Of a stretch of DNA of 64,000 bases, positions 1-12,853 are shown piece by piece. The notes under the pieces were generated by a model. That model saw only the letters and a program-made list of their open reading frames with translations. It ran no database searches and was not told the DNA's origin. The translations under genes and the position numbers were made by a program. The DNA comes from Basidioascus undulatus (lineage: Eukaryota). The stretch spans positions 1 to 64,000 of the forward strand of contig JTLS01000003.1 of NCBI GenBank assembly GCA_000826855.1, in the 5' to 3' direction. Positions within the stretch are counted from its first letter, which is position 1; each line of letters starts with the position of its first letter.

Positions 1-2043
1 CGCAAGCCGAGGCTGCGCGTGCGCACAAGCGGGCCAAGCACGGCGACTACACGCTTGCCGCTCTCCTTTCCGGGTCGCCTACGACCTACGTCGCGCCGAC
101 TGCGACCGCCGTCGAGGTTAAGCGCGGCTCCTCCCTCGCGACGCCCGCTTCGGACTCGCTTCCTACGCCACCTCCCACTTCCCCGACCGCCGCCGCCGCA
201 CCCGAAACGACCCCGGACAACGACGAGTCCGCGCTGCTCGAGACGCTCAAGGGGCTCGCGCTCGCTCCCCATGCACGGCGCGTACCGACGCCGGAGGATG
301 CGGAGGAGAACTCGATGCCTGAGTCGTTGCAGAAACTCAAGGATGACTTGAAGGGCATGAAGCCCGCGGCGTTCGCGAAGGTCACGAACGAGCGCGTCTA
401 CACGATGCAGATGCACCCAGTCAAGGAGAAAGACATCGGTAAACTCTACACCTGGTCCAAACGCGCGCAAGATCGCTGATGCGCAACGCGGGCTATTAGT
501 CTTCGTTGGTGACAAGAACGGCCAAGTCGGGATTTGGGACGTGTCTGCCGCTCCGGCGACAGAAGAGGAGGAGGAGACGCGCGAAGGCCGCGTCTGGCGG
601 ATCCAAGCACACGCGAAGAGCTCGATCTCCTGCATGAAGTTTGATCCTTCGCGATCCAACTCGGTAAGACCGTCGCCGATGAAGCTTGCTGCGCGAGACT
701 CGTGTTGCTGAACGCGTTTTCTTCCCTTGCAGCTTCTCACGAGCAGCTACGACTGCACGCTACGCTCGCTCGACTTCGAGACCGGCCGGTCAACCGAAGT
801 CTTCCGCACGATGGACGCGGACGGGTCCAAGTCTGATGTGCGACGCTCTCTTCTTACTTTTTCCGCTATGCTGAACCCTGACTCTTACGAAATTTGCCAT
901 CGCAGGTCCTCATCTCCCACTTTGACATCTCCCCCGCTGCGCCGCACTCCCTGTGGGCGACAGACAACGCCGGGTGCCTTATCCCACCCCTCGTTCGTTC
1001 GTCATTTTCGAACCGGGTCCTGACCTCAATCTTTGTCATGACGGTTTTAGTGGGCTCTCCTTACGCGACCTGCGCGTCCCGCTCACCGAGAACCGCGGGC
1101 GGCGCTGGGAGATCTCGGACAACAAGGTCGGCGGGTGCAGCGTCAACCCCGTGCGGCCCGAGCTGGTGCTGACGTCCAGCAACGACCGGACTGTCAAGTA
1201 CGTCTCCGGCGCCTCATCCTACACTTCGTTCCTCACGCAGACTGACGTTCGGGCCGGGTGCACCAGGATCTGGGACACCCGCAACCTCCAGCGCATGCCC
1301 GCGCCCGCGGTCGAGCTGCGCGGGGAAGAGGAGGAGCCCGAGCTGCCTACGATCGACTGGGAGGCGGTCGAGCCGTGGATCAAGAAGGAGAAGAGCACGC
1401 TCAAAGCTTCGTTTGAGCACGGCAAGAGCGTGCGTCTTCCGCACGCACTCACGTTTCCCCGCACAGCTTGCAAGATCCTGACGCGGCTTACATCTTTGAC
1501 AGGCGTCTTCGGCTTACTGGGACCCGTCTGGCCGACGCGTCGTCTCGACCTCGTACGATGACACTTTGCGCAGTGCGTCTCTATTGCTTCTTCACTGACC
1601 CTCCTTTCTGCTCCAACTGACGTTCTCCCCCACAGTCTGGGACCTCAACGCGCAGGCGCTCGCCCTCCCCGGCGCGCTGAAGTCGTTCAAACCCAAAACC
1701 GTCATCCCGCACGACAACCAAACCGTACCTCTCCTCTTCCCTATTCCCACAGCTCAGCCGCTGACCTCCCCTTTCTCTCCTCCCGCAGGGCCGCTGGCTC
1801 ACGATCCTCCGCGCGCAATGGGCGCCGCACGCGCACACCTTCCCGCACTTCACCGTCGGATCGATGAAGCGCCAGCTCGAGGTCTGGTCCGCGACGGGCG
1901 AGCTCCTCGCGAGCTTGTACGATCCCGACTTGGTCACTGCCGTGCCCGCCGTGACGTGCGGCAAGGAGGGCCAGGTCGGCCGCGTTGCGGGTGGGAATGC
2001 GAGCGGGCGGTGCGTGCTTTGGAGCACGGGGAGGGCAGAGTAG
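1..2043 (+). CDS. CMR1: WD40-repeat DNA damage-binding protein, Cmr1/WDR76 family (multi-exon, 5' end outside the window)
   Basis: Spliced peptides AKVTNERVYTMQMHP..VFVGDKNGQVGIWD, VLTSSNDRTVK/IWDTR, FEHGKS, HDNQTGRWLTILRAQW and LVTAVPAV are recognisable Cmr1/WDR76 motifs; GT-AG introns; stop TAG at 2041-2043. Confidence 0.85.
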
Positions 2044-2238
2044 GTTGGGCGGGTTGGCGAGGAGATCAGGTGTACGATCGATTATATAGTGGAGACGCGA
2101 TACGGATTTGCCATGCTCTCAATATGATTGAACTACTTGCACATCTGCGTGGCTCGACTGCAATGCACCAACTTCGACTTCTGGTCTGCACACATTGCTG
2201 CAACTCGCATCAAAACCGCAGCTAGCATGCATCGTCCC

Positions 2239-4726
2239 TTAACCCCCACCCGCTCCCTCCTCCTTGACCTTCCTCATCCCCTCCCTCGTTCTCACGAACT
2301 CGTCCCTTCCCTCCCACCGTCTCCCCATCCTCTCCTCCCACTCCCGCAGCGCGTCCTCGTCCCACTCCTTGTCCTCCGTGCTCCCCTCGGGCAGCAAGAA
2401 CCGCTTCTCCTCGATCTCGGGCGGGAGGTACTCCTGGAACGTCGGGTGCGCGTAGGAGGGCGTGTACAGATACCCTTTGGCGTAGCCGAGGTCTTTCATC
2501 AGTGAGGTTGGGGCGTTGCGGATGTGCATGGGGACTGGGTGGGAGCCTTCGAGGGCGGCGGCCTCGGCCTGTGGGGAGGACAGCGGTGTACGAGCGGGTT
2601 AACGAAAGCGAACAGAGCGCAAGACGATGGAGGCGGTACGGGGCTTCGGACAGTACCTTGTGCATCGCGCGGTACACGCGAATGGACTTTGGCGCTTCGG
2701 ACAGGTAAACTGCGCAATGTGAGAGGTTGATCTGTCGGATAACATGCCGTCAGTTCCCGTCAGTTTCCTATCCGTTGAGCCAAATTAATGGCAACTCCGA
2801 AAATACGGCCGTACTTTGCACTCCGGGAGGCCGATCATTTGACACGCGTTGAACGTCGCGGTTGCCTGCCACAGACAGCAGCACGTCAGTGTTGTATCAC
2901 AAACGCAAAGAATATAGGAGATTGCCAACGTGGAAACGTGAAACTCACCAGAGGTAGTGCATGCGAATCCGCCATTCCTACATCCTCCGACGCAACCACG
3001 ATCATGCGCCGCGCGATGTAGAGCGGATCCTCGCCGGCCGTGATCATCCTGAAATGCGCGCGCTCAGGTCAGCCAACATTCCGTGAGGATCACGGATACG
3101 GTAAACGGACCGCATGACCTGTTCGATCAGTCTTGTCAGTGCGCGTGGGGGCGCCAACGAAGGCAGGGCGACGTACCCAATACAGCGCCGCATCCGCGTC
3201 CCCGCCGCGTATGCTCTTGTGCATAGCGCTGATCATATCGTAACTACCCCCCGCATCCCACTTCTCAGCTCCCTTTCCGCTCCTTTCACCCCTAACCTCC
3301 TAGAGCCAGTCACGCACTGGCTATCCCCCGTCCGATCATAGCGCAGCACAACCCCCCGCTTCAGCGCGCCCATCAGCTCGTCCTCCCCCAGGGACGGGCG
3401 CTTCTCGAGCGTGTTGAGCGCGAGCTCGAGCGCGTTGAGCGCGACGCGCGCGTCCCCGTCCGAGAGGCGGGAGAGGAAGGTGAGGAGCGCGGGGGAGATG
3501 GCGCTGGGCGAGAAGGTGGAGGAAGATGAATTGGACGGGGGGAGGGAGGCGGTGTAGCGCGAGAGGGCGTTGGTGAGGAGCAGGAGGATCTCGGGGGGCG
3601 AGAGGCGGGATAGGGTGTAGACGCTGAGAAAGAGATTGTCGGTGATGCGTGCGGGGAAGTGGATGTGCTGAGGAGACTGTACCGGCAGCGGGAGAGGAGA
3701 GCACCGTTGACCTGATGATTGAGAAGTCAGTGGACGAAGGAACGAAATGGCGGTGGTCGGGCAGACCTTGAACGACGGGTTCTCGGTCGTGGCGCCAATG
3801 AGCTGAACCGAGCCATTCTCGACATAGGGAAGAAAGATGTCTTGCTGAGCAGCCCGATGATTTTTGTTTCAATTACGACCCTCGTCTTCTCAAGATAAAA
3901 GGGGGTACGAACTTGTGACTTGTTATATCGATGACTACCCGCCTCGCCTTCAACACCAGGCCTAGGCTCGCGAAACAGATGCCGAATAGTAGACTCACAT
4001 CTCGTCGCAGAACAGGATTGTCCGCCTTCCCATTAATTGCAGCGTGTTCTTCGCCTCATCGAATATCCCTTTCACCTCGCCACTATCATCCTCACAAGCT
4101 AGTTCAGCCCAAGCGGAAGCCTCGAATGGAGAAAGCAGCACTCACGTTCCCGTGTTGGTCGCGCTGATCTCCTTGAACACCGCCTTCGTCTCCTTCGCAA
4201 TCAGTCGCGCAAGTGTAGTCTTGCCTATCATCCACCCCATGTCTCTTCAGCGACTCCCCGCCGTCAGCATATCGTTAACTAAAGACGCACCTGTCCCCGG
4301 GGGTCCCCAAAAGATACAGCTCCCCACACGGTCCTCCTCAATTAGCGCGCGTAGCACGCCCGTCTCTGGATCGAGCAGGTTCGCCTGCCCGACGTACTCG
4401 TCCAAGGTCGTGGGGCGCAGGCGCTCGGCCAGCGGCTGCGCGGCGAGGACGTGCGCGGGGCGGCGCGCCTTTCTGGGAGGTTCGGGTGCGGGCGGTGGGG
4501 AGGATGGACGCTTGAGGGATGCAGAGGCTTTCGGCTTGAATTGGGGTGTGGGTTTCGCAGAGGAAGAAGGGGCGACTTGGATCGGGGAGGAGCTGGTCGA
4601 TGCCGCTCCGTCGGTCGGGGGCACGCAGTCCTTGGAGTCCAGATGCGTGTTGATACTCCCGGCTGGAACCCGCCGTGTGCAAATGGGACAAGAAACGAAG
4701 TGAGTACCGTTTGCTGAAACCGACAT
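2239..4726 (-). CDS. MGS1: MGS1/WRNIP1 (RarA/MgsA family) DNA-dependent AAA+ ATPase with N-terminal UBZ zinc finger
   Basis: CPIC...INTHLD (UBZ); [17 protein letters not shown]; Walker A WGPPGTGKTT split by an intron; [32 protein letters not shown]-terminal [21 protein letters not shown]. Confidence 0.93.
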
Positions 4727-4804
4727 TGGCAACGAAGATTAGCAACGAAGATGATGAGTAGAAATCAAGGAGGGCGATGGTGCCATTTGGCCAAGGTCGC
4801 GGCG

Positions 4805-4821
4805 ACGCGCGGAAGACGCGT
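4805..4821. promoter_or_regulatory. MCB-like boxes (ACGCGC, ACGCGT) upstream of MGS1
   Basis: ACGCGC at 4805-4810 and ACGCGT at 4816-4821, about 80-95 bp upstream of the inferred MGS1 ATG. Confidence 0.4.
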
Positions 4822-5440
4822 TCTGGTGAGGGCGTCTAAGTGATGAGTCGAATGCTTAACGATGAATTGCCAAACAGCATTGTGGATGAAGACGTTCAAG
4901 GGGATGACTGTCATGGAGAATACCGATAACAAAAGGTCTACGAACGTTACTGACTTTGTACGTGAGAGACAGAAACTTTTCATTTCTTGAACGGGGAGAC
5001 GGTGGAGGCGACTTTGTCGCGTTGCTACAAGTGTCCGCACTTTGACTCCAGTCGAGGCGAAGATCGAGTGAAAACAATGATCATTCAGGGAAACGTGTTC
5101 AACACACTGACATGCGTAGGATCTCGAAGGTTCACCATTCCTGCGTCCACAGTGATGCCAGGCTGCACCGCGCTGTGAGTGTCGGGGAAGTCGATTCAGC
5201 CCCACTTGCACAACGGATGGACAGCTCGTGTTGGTTTTCAATTGATCCCACACTAGCACCAACCATGCCCAGCGGGGCAGTGTTTGCATTGCAGTGTGCA
5301 TTGCGGGCAGTCGTGCGCCGCTGCTCTGAGCGAGCATCAAGGCATATAAGAGACCGCCGTACTTTCAGGAGCTTCCCCAGATAGCCAGCACAGACCTAAA
5401 AATCAACTTTCCACCCTCCTACTCGTCAACCAACGGACCA

Positions 5441-5598
5441 TCATTTCCCCTCGACCATCCTCTCCCTCTTCGCCTTCTCTTCCGCCCCGCTCTCCGCCCC
5501 GCTCACCGCGCGGATCACCGCAAACACAGGCGCGGCCGTCGCGGAAGGCTGCACCTTCTGGCTCAACTCATGCACCTCGTACCCCTGCTCGTGGCCTC
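5441..5598 (-). other. Orphan coding-like 3' fragment with no visible 5' part
   Basis: GC3-rich frame GHEQGYEVHELSQKVQPSATAAPVFAVIRAVSGAESGAEEKAKRERMVEGK* that changes abruptly to AT-richer sequence near 5598. Confidence 0.25.
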
Positions 5599-5944
5599 TT
5601 CATTTCATTCGCTTTTGCATTAAATTGTCCTTGGCGAAGGGAGGAAAGTTTTGGTGCTGCACATGCATCGCCAGCGTGTGGAGCCGTTGAAGCAGCAAGA
5701 CTCTTATTTCGGGGGGAATTGATCGAGGGACAGCAAGAGTCTAGCGAATCAGAAGATTTATTCCTGGCGTTCGAAAGTGGACATATGCTCATCCCCGCGA
5801 AAACAATCAGAGCAAACAAGGAGATCAAGAATCTGAGGCAAACATCGTTGGCTACTTTGTTTCCGTCTCAACGCGTTACGACACGGCTCATACACGTCTC
5901 ACGCCCGATGCGCCTTGCACCACTGCAAGAACGGGGGAGTCAAG

Positions 5945-7050
5945 TCAGTTCCGCAGAACCTCAGCCACCGGCAAGCAGGATACACACCGTCTTATGCTTC
6001 GGCTAGTCCTCCCTTTGGTGCTCCGACCCACAGTACGCGACCTGCACACGACTTGCACATCGATCGAGAGTCCTTTCCGCAGACACCGCAGAGATTCTCG
6101 AATACATTCAGACATTCTTCGATTAACTTTCCGAAAGCGTCCAGCTCCTCTCAACAGCAGCGTCTCCGGACCTCGAAGGTGGCAGCAGAGCTCCTCCAGC
6201 ATGTCCACGCGCCGCGAGGGGCTCTCGGCGTCTCCAGCAAGCGTAAAGCAGACGCGTGTCGTCGTCGATGGCGGGCTGCGGTGTGTAGTGGTCAATGTCG
6301 TATTGAAGCCCAGGCGTCGCCCGTTCCGGTGAGAAGTACCGAAACCATACCGAGGGTCGTGGCCACGTGGGACCCATACCGCACAGCAAATGCCTTGCTG
6401 TCGTGAGGCGAGTGTAGAGCAGAAAGTGGAGGTGAGGTATGCGTCAGAGTGACCAGGCCTTTCTTGGATTCGCAAACCACCGTGTTTTTTTGGCTCGATG
6501 GAGTAGAGCGAGTCTCGAAAGACGATGCGTGGATGGCCACTGCCAGGAAGAGCATCGACGAGGGAAGCGATCATGGCCTGGGTCCAGAGAGCCCGAGTTG
6601 CAACTCGGTTCGGTGTTCCTGACGGGAGGAAGGACGTGCCGTTGACCTCGTCTTGGTCGGATGAGCTCTTCAAGAGCCTTTCCAGTGCTGCTACGAGGTC
6701 CTGTCCAGGCTTCGAGTCTGCCGCGGGACGGAAGACGAAAATGGCAGAGCCGCATTGAATCATCATAGCCGAGGCGCGCGGGGGCAATTGCTGAGATGCA
6801 GAGTCCAGCTCCGGGAGTGGACGAGTCGATTACGCCGATGCCATACGAGGTGATGGGGTGAGTGAGTACGGTCTTTCCCTCCATAACAGTGAGTGGGCGA
6901 GAGTCATTGCCTAGGTACTGAATGATGAGGAGCATGATTGAGCGTAGCAGAGAAATACGGGTCGTAGGAGACGGTGGAAGTTGGAGGGTAAAGGCGGAGC
7001 AAGGGACGTCCACGGAGTCCTATGGCAAGCAGAAACCTGAAGACCGTCAG
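5945..7050 (-). pseudogene. Hypothetical or degenerate coding sequence, family not recognised
   Basis: Overlapping 280-aa and 189-aa ORFs in different frames that appear joined by a frameshift near 6780; no diagnostic motif. Confidence 0.2.
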
Positions 7051-7280
7051 CGGAACGCGGAACGGAGAGTTTCCCTGACCAAACTCACATTTCAGAACCT
7101 TTCCCCTCAACGGTAAGAGCATAGTAAGATAGCAGCCTCGAGTAGCATTCGTTCACCTTTCTGCGCCGGATCGCCAGAGATGTTAATGTAGTTTCGCCTT
7201 TTTTCTCTCATGAATTCAGAACCGGGTGTATCGTGTGAGCCTCTTGTTTGGTTCAGTAGTGTAAGTTAAGCTAAAAACAA

Positions 7281-7850
7281 TCAGGACCCAGCGAGGGTAT
7301 AGCCTGGCGAAGCGCGCCACATACTGAGGGACATGAACTCAAAGCATACGTGGCTATCAGGACCAAATTTCTTTCTAAAGAGGCGGCAGGATCTGGAGAA
7401 GCCGAAAGAAAGGCTATTGGGGTGTGGACTTGTATGTATGCTGGGTGCATCTCCCACCAGTACTCTGAGGTTGCTGGAATTGAAGTATAGCCCTGAAACT
7501 TGTGCCTTGTTCAAAGGCAAACATAAACCGCATCAAAAGTAGCGGCAAGCAGAACCTGCGGCAACCGCAGGAGCACCACGAGCGGTACAGCCCACTAGCT
7601 GCGCACCGACCGAAGTCCGTCCGCAAGGTGCAGCCGTTCGGCCACTGACCAGTAGCACTGTAACATTTGTCCGTGGGGCCTCGTGTCTCCCAACTTGATA
7701 AAAGGTACACCTATAGATTAGGCAGTTGAAGCGGCATCCGGAAGCTTGAGAGGGCCAAGCATGTTTATACCAACTGGTATTCCCAAGATGTGTGGTGTTC
7801 AGCGCTTCCAAAGCTTGGTTGTCGCACTTCCAACCACTAATCACATCACA
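7281..7850 (-). mobile_element. Possible highly degenerate CACTA/Tnp2-like transposase remnant
   Basis: Broken frames contain GQWPNGCTLRT and LRVLVGDAPSI..CRLF, loosely like fungal Tnp2-type segments (LW..G...T; ..GD.PA..CR.C). Weak. Confidence 0.15.
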
Positions 7851-9364
7851 TAAAGCACGTAAATCGTGATTGAATCAAGTAGATTCTCCCACCTCAAGAC
7901 CTTTAACTCGTCAAAAGATACAGCTGCAACAGCGTCGAACTAAACTCGACTCTCAAACTTTGGACTCGAAGTGCAAGGGCTCGGCCTTGTCCGCGTTGTC
8001 CTCTGGAGTCGCCGTTCCCGGACGGTCGTGGTGCTCCTTGGTATGCTGCGAGACCGAATCTCAGAGAGAATCTCAGAGAGAACGACCTTGTGTGCATGGC
8101 GGGGGGCAAGTCCAGGGCGGAAGAGCATGTCCCTGTCCTTTCAGGAGGGCACGTCGGGTCAGCGATGATGTTTAGCTAGAGGACACAGTTATCAAAAGCC
8201 GCAATGACCCACCTCTTAAGGGATACCCTTCGTCTCTGGAATCATGAAGTAGACCCAAGAGATAGAAATGGTCCTGAGCGAACCGGAGAAGTCAAGATCT
8301 GGTCGAGGCACTGTCAGTGAGGCTTCCTCCTGCCGCGGATGCGGGTGTGTATGTTGGCGATGTGAAGGAAGCACTCACAGATGACATATGCAAAGTAAAA
8401 AAAAAACAGGAAACAGGAACGGGGAAGTTGTGGGGCTTGCGCCTCGAAGCCTTCTACCTCGTCGTCGGGCTGCAACAGAATGCCACAAACACTCCCGCAG
8501 GTCTGGCTGGCTGTTCGTCGCGGGGGGCTGATCCTGTAGGTAGAGTGTTCATTCCACTTTTAATAAGACGACCTCGGGCTTGGGAAAGGGCCAAAGCTGC
8601 GTGCAACGTGAACCTCTTCGTGGGCCTGCAGACCGCCGCCACGAACGTCGAACCCTCCCAGCGCTGCATGTCTGTCTGTCTCTTTATGGAGCTGAAAGCA
8701 AAGCGGAAGCCCCCAGAGTCTACATGTCCCTGGGAAACAATGCGGCTTGCCGAACAGGCTATCCCATACTAAGCAGCAAGGTGCCCAGCCAGTCGCTGTT
8801 CGATCAACCTCTCCGCCCTCGCCGCTCTCACAAAGCCGGCTTCAGACACCCGCACAGGTTCGCCCATACTTTCCTCTTTTGGTAATACGGCAGACGGTTT
8901 CCGACCTGGTTGTACGCGTTACATTGCCATACAGGGGGATCATGCACTGCTGCGAAGCCCATCGCGCCGAGCCAGAGAGAACTGTTTCACCGCCCTGGCG
9001 CTCGCCAGCTCCCCAAATGCACTCTGCTGCGTGGACTGGTAACATCTGATGTAAGGATGCCGAGAACAGCTACGTATCGAACCGTGCTTCCCTCAAAAAG
9101 CGAGCGTCCGCCGAGCGTGCGATGAGACGTTCTCGACATGCACACCGGCCGACACAAATCCCGCATCCCAAGCTCGCACCCTCTCCACGTCTCTCCAAAA
9201 GCCTCAGTCCATCGCCGCCTCATCACCCCACCATCACCCAATCTCCATCCTCTCCCCGTCCCCCGCTCCCCTCCACCCCACTCTCCTTCGCCCCCGCCTC
9301 ACACTCCGCCCTCCTCTCCTTCTCCCTTCTTACCGAAACTGACGCTCCCCCCGCTCGCGAACAG

Positions 9365-10657
9365 GGACGCGGACCCCCGCGGCCCCGAGCGCGTCTTCGG
9401 GATCGTGGGAGGGACGCGTTTCCCGGAGCTGGGGACGTTTGCCGAGTACGTTGCCGTCGAGCGCGGGCAGGTGCTCGAGACGCCGGGGCACCTCACGGAC
9501 GTGCAGGCGGCGGCGTGGCCGTTGGCTGCTGTTACTGCTTGGAGGTGCGTTCACCCCCTTCTGCTTTCTCCTCGTTCCCTTATCCCCTTCCTCGTTCCTC
9601 TTTCTTCCCTTCCTCCTCCTTCCCTTCCTCTTTCTTCCCTTCCTCCTCCTTCCGCTTCAGAACACCGACCCTCCCCCGCTGCCCAGGGCCGTCTTCGTCA
9701 AAGCCGCCGTCCGCCCCGGCCAGAACGTCCTAATCACCGGCATCGGCGGGGGCGTCGCGATCCAGGCGCTCCAGTTCGCCGTCGCAGCGGGCGCGAACGT
9801 GTGGGTGACGAGTGGCAGCGCGGAGAAGCTCGAGCGCGCGCGGTCGCTAGGCGCGAGGGGCGGGGTGAACTACAAGGATGGTGCGTTTCTTTCTTCGATC
9901 CACGCGAAGCGTCATCTAGGACTTTGAGCTGAGACGTGAGGGAAAGCCGACTGGCCGCAGGAGCTTGGCAAGCTCCTCCCGAAGGAGGCACCGCTTTTGG
10001 ACGTGGTTATCGACTCTGGTGCGTGGGCCACTCTCTTCGTTCTTCGGTAGGAGGGGAGGGGGCTAACTTTTGAGGGACTGGGTGGAACAGCTGGCGGCGA
10101 GATCACCGCGCAGGTGAACAAGATCCTCCGCGCGGGCGCTGTCATCTCCGTGTACGGCATGACTGCCGCACCGAAGATCACGTTTACGATGCGGGAGGTG
10201 CTGAAGAACATTGAGTGCGTGCACCCTCGCCTCCGTCTCACCCCCCTTTCCCGCCGTGTTCTGACTGGGGCTCCGCTGCAGGTTGAAGGGTGGGTTTCGC
10301 GGCTCGTTTCGACTGCAGGCTGTGGGAAGGCGGAGAATGCTGATATGTTCTGCTTATGCCCGGTGAAAAGGAAGCACCATGGGCTCCCTCCAGGACCTGA
10401 AGGACGCTACGGCGTTCATGGAGAAGCACAAGCTCGTTCCTGTCCGTCCTTCCTCCCCTCCCCCTCCTCCTTCCCACCACCCGCTCATCCCCCCTCCCCT
10501 CCTTTTGCAGGTCGTGCACGACACCGTCCTCCAAGGGCTCGAGTCTGCCGAGGACGGCTTCGAGCTGATGAAGGCAGGGGGCCAGTTCGGGAAGATCGTC
10601 ATTGACTTGCAGAAGGGCGTTGGTGCGGCGGCGGGGGGGCAGAAGGGGAAGCTCTGA
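9365..10657 (+). CDS. MDR-superfamily zinc-type alcohol dehydrogenase / quinone oxidoreductase-like protein, 5' part not found
   Basis: GTFAEYVAV, AAAWPLAAVTAWRA, VLITGIGGGVA (Rossmann), GGVNYKD, VYGMTA, LKGSTMGS, GGQFGKIVI; stop TGA at 10655-10657. The first visible exon starts mid-domain at (W)DADPRGP. Confidence 0.85.
9596..9653 (+). repeat. Approx. 30-bp pyrimidine-rich tandem duplication inside an intron
   Basis: TTTCTTCCCTTCCTCCTCCTTCC occurs twice, 30 bp apart. Confidence 0.7.
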
Positions 10658-12853
10658 TGGGAGGTTGCGGAACGGACGGACGGACAGACGTATGGTTGAT
10701 GCTGAGCGGATGGAGTAACTTGATTAGCGCGTGAGCAACGACTTGACTTATGCTCTGAAGTAGGTAAATTTTGCGGACGACAAGCGCTGCGGCGTTGAAA
10801 GTGTCGGTGAGGTTGAACGCGTACTTGGGCTGCTCGAGGCTGCCGTACTCGCCCGGCTTGGCGGAGGGGTCGCGTGAAGCGCTGAATGAAGGGAGTGCTC
10901 GCCATCTTTGAGAAGGAGGAAAGCTATAGGATGGGTGTGCTGGAGGCTGGGAGCAGCAATATCGACGCTCAGCCGAGCCGCGCTGCCTCGCGAAGGAACG
11001 GGTTCATTGTTTAGTCCCCGTCAGCCGTTGTCAAGGAACTTACCGGTGCGCAGCAATGTTGAACATATCCTGGAATCTTCTCGGCAATTCAAGATCACTC
11101 GGCATCAATGCCTTCGTCGTTTCGTTTCGTGAACGGCAGCCGGTGCACGAGCGTCGGCACAGCTAGCGGGGCTGAACGTCCGTGTTTAGAAAGATTCAAA
11201 GTGAAGTCCTCAAGAATGCCCTATTTTTCAACTGGGAAATGGTAGGGGAGGAAGTCGCTCTCTTGACGACCGCTTCGGTAGAAAGATTCGCACTGGACTG
11301 ACGCTCGGATGCACGCGGCACGCGCGGTGCAGTAAGGAGTTCCGTGTAGCTGGAGCTTCACGGGAGGGAGGGCTGCACGGGAGAGGGCTGCACAGGAGGG
11401 CTTCGGAAGCGCCCCAGCTCGAGAAGCTGAGGTCGGATCAAACAGGAGCCCCGATGTGTTATTGTCAACTTGTTTCTCTAGACTTTACAAGTAAGAAAAG
11501 AGGGCCTGTCTATGAAAGCCTGCTCTGGGAAATGGGCCATGCGCAACGACAGACTGCAACTACAAGCCATGAACGACTGTAACCGCACAACATGGCCACC
11601 CCGACTATTTGTCATTAAAGCTCAAGGTCTTGCACTTATTTTTGAGTAGTATCAGTAAACTTGGTGCAGCAAGTGAGTGGGAGTGCCAGCCGTGACTGCG
11701 TAGCTAACGGTAGCCAGTCGCACAGAGAAGTTCAGTGCTTGTCGCATTCTTCAGGGATGTTATTGAGCCTCTGAACACTCTTTAAACACCCAAGATTTTT
11801 TGAAGTGTAATTGAAGTCGTACTAGGGGCCTGAAGCATGCAGGAGCTTGAGCCAAACTGAGCCCATGAGTGCCCGCGTCTAACACGCTTCTTCTCGTGCT
11901 GTACAGCTTGCAGTGACCGATCGAGAAGTGGTAGATATCTCAAAAGCTGCTGCATTACAACATCCATATTTTTACAAGTATTACGTCTAGAGGTCGGACA
12001 TTTCCCCTCTACCGCTTACTCGCAGGAAGGGCGACTTTGCGACACACAAGTACCAGGTCGTGCGTCGTGCCACCGGTTGAAAAGTGGCGGACTCCGAAGC
12101 ATTTATGCCTGTTACATCTGCGCATTTACAACTAGTGTTAAATTACGTAACTGAAACAATGCAGACGCTATATCGTAACTTACGGGGTGCTGTCTATCTC
12201 CAAGTTGGGCTCTGCTTGTATGTGATCGTACATTGCTTCTTCGTGTGACTCTGATCTGATGTGATCCTTGCAGGGGTAGCGTCCCCAGACATTCAGCTTG
12301 TTTTATGCAACAGAGTTGCCTGAATAGAGGTCTGTTCTCAAAAGCACGTGCAGCGTGCATGAAACGTACACGCAGTGAAAGCCGCGCGTCTTCAGGAGAC
12401 TTGGTGATGAGAGTTGCACAATAGCAGACTTCCAAAAAAGAAATGAAGCAAACACGATGCTCTACCCCGTCCTGCTCTGATGGCCAGGTCGACTTTCGAC
12501 AACTTAGTCTTGTGCGCGCTCAACGCACTTGGGCTGCACTATGATATATGTCAGTGGCATCGTGAAGTTCATATAAATGTAGATATGCCTGCCAGCCAAA
12601 AATAAAGAATTAACCAACTGTCTTGAAGGTCTTGCTTTAGAAACTAGAAAGATAACAACAGTCAACGTCCGTTTCACATTGTCATTGCCGTTCGCGGGTC
12701 GTCCACAGCGGCACGCAATGCAGTTTCCAAACGCCGCGTTGATTGAGCATCTCACAGATTCCGTCGGCTGGTCTGAGTTTCCTTTGGCTCAAGTTGCCTC
12801 ATCCTCCTCATTCACCGTCACCTCCCCAGCACTACACCACTCCCACTCTGGCG

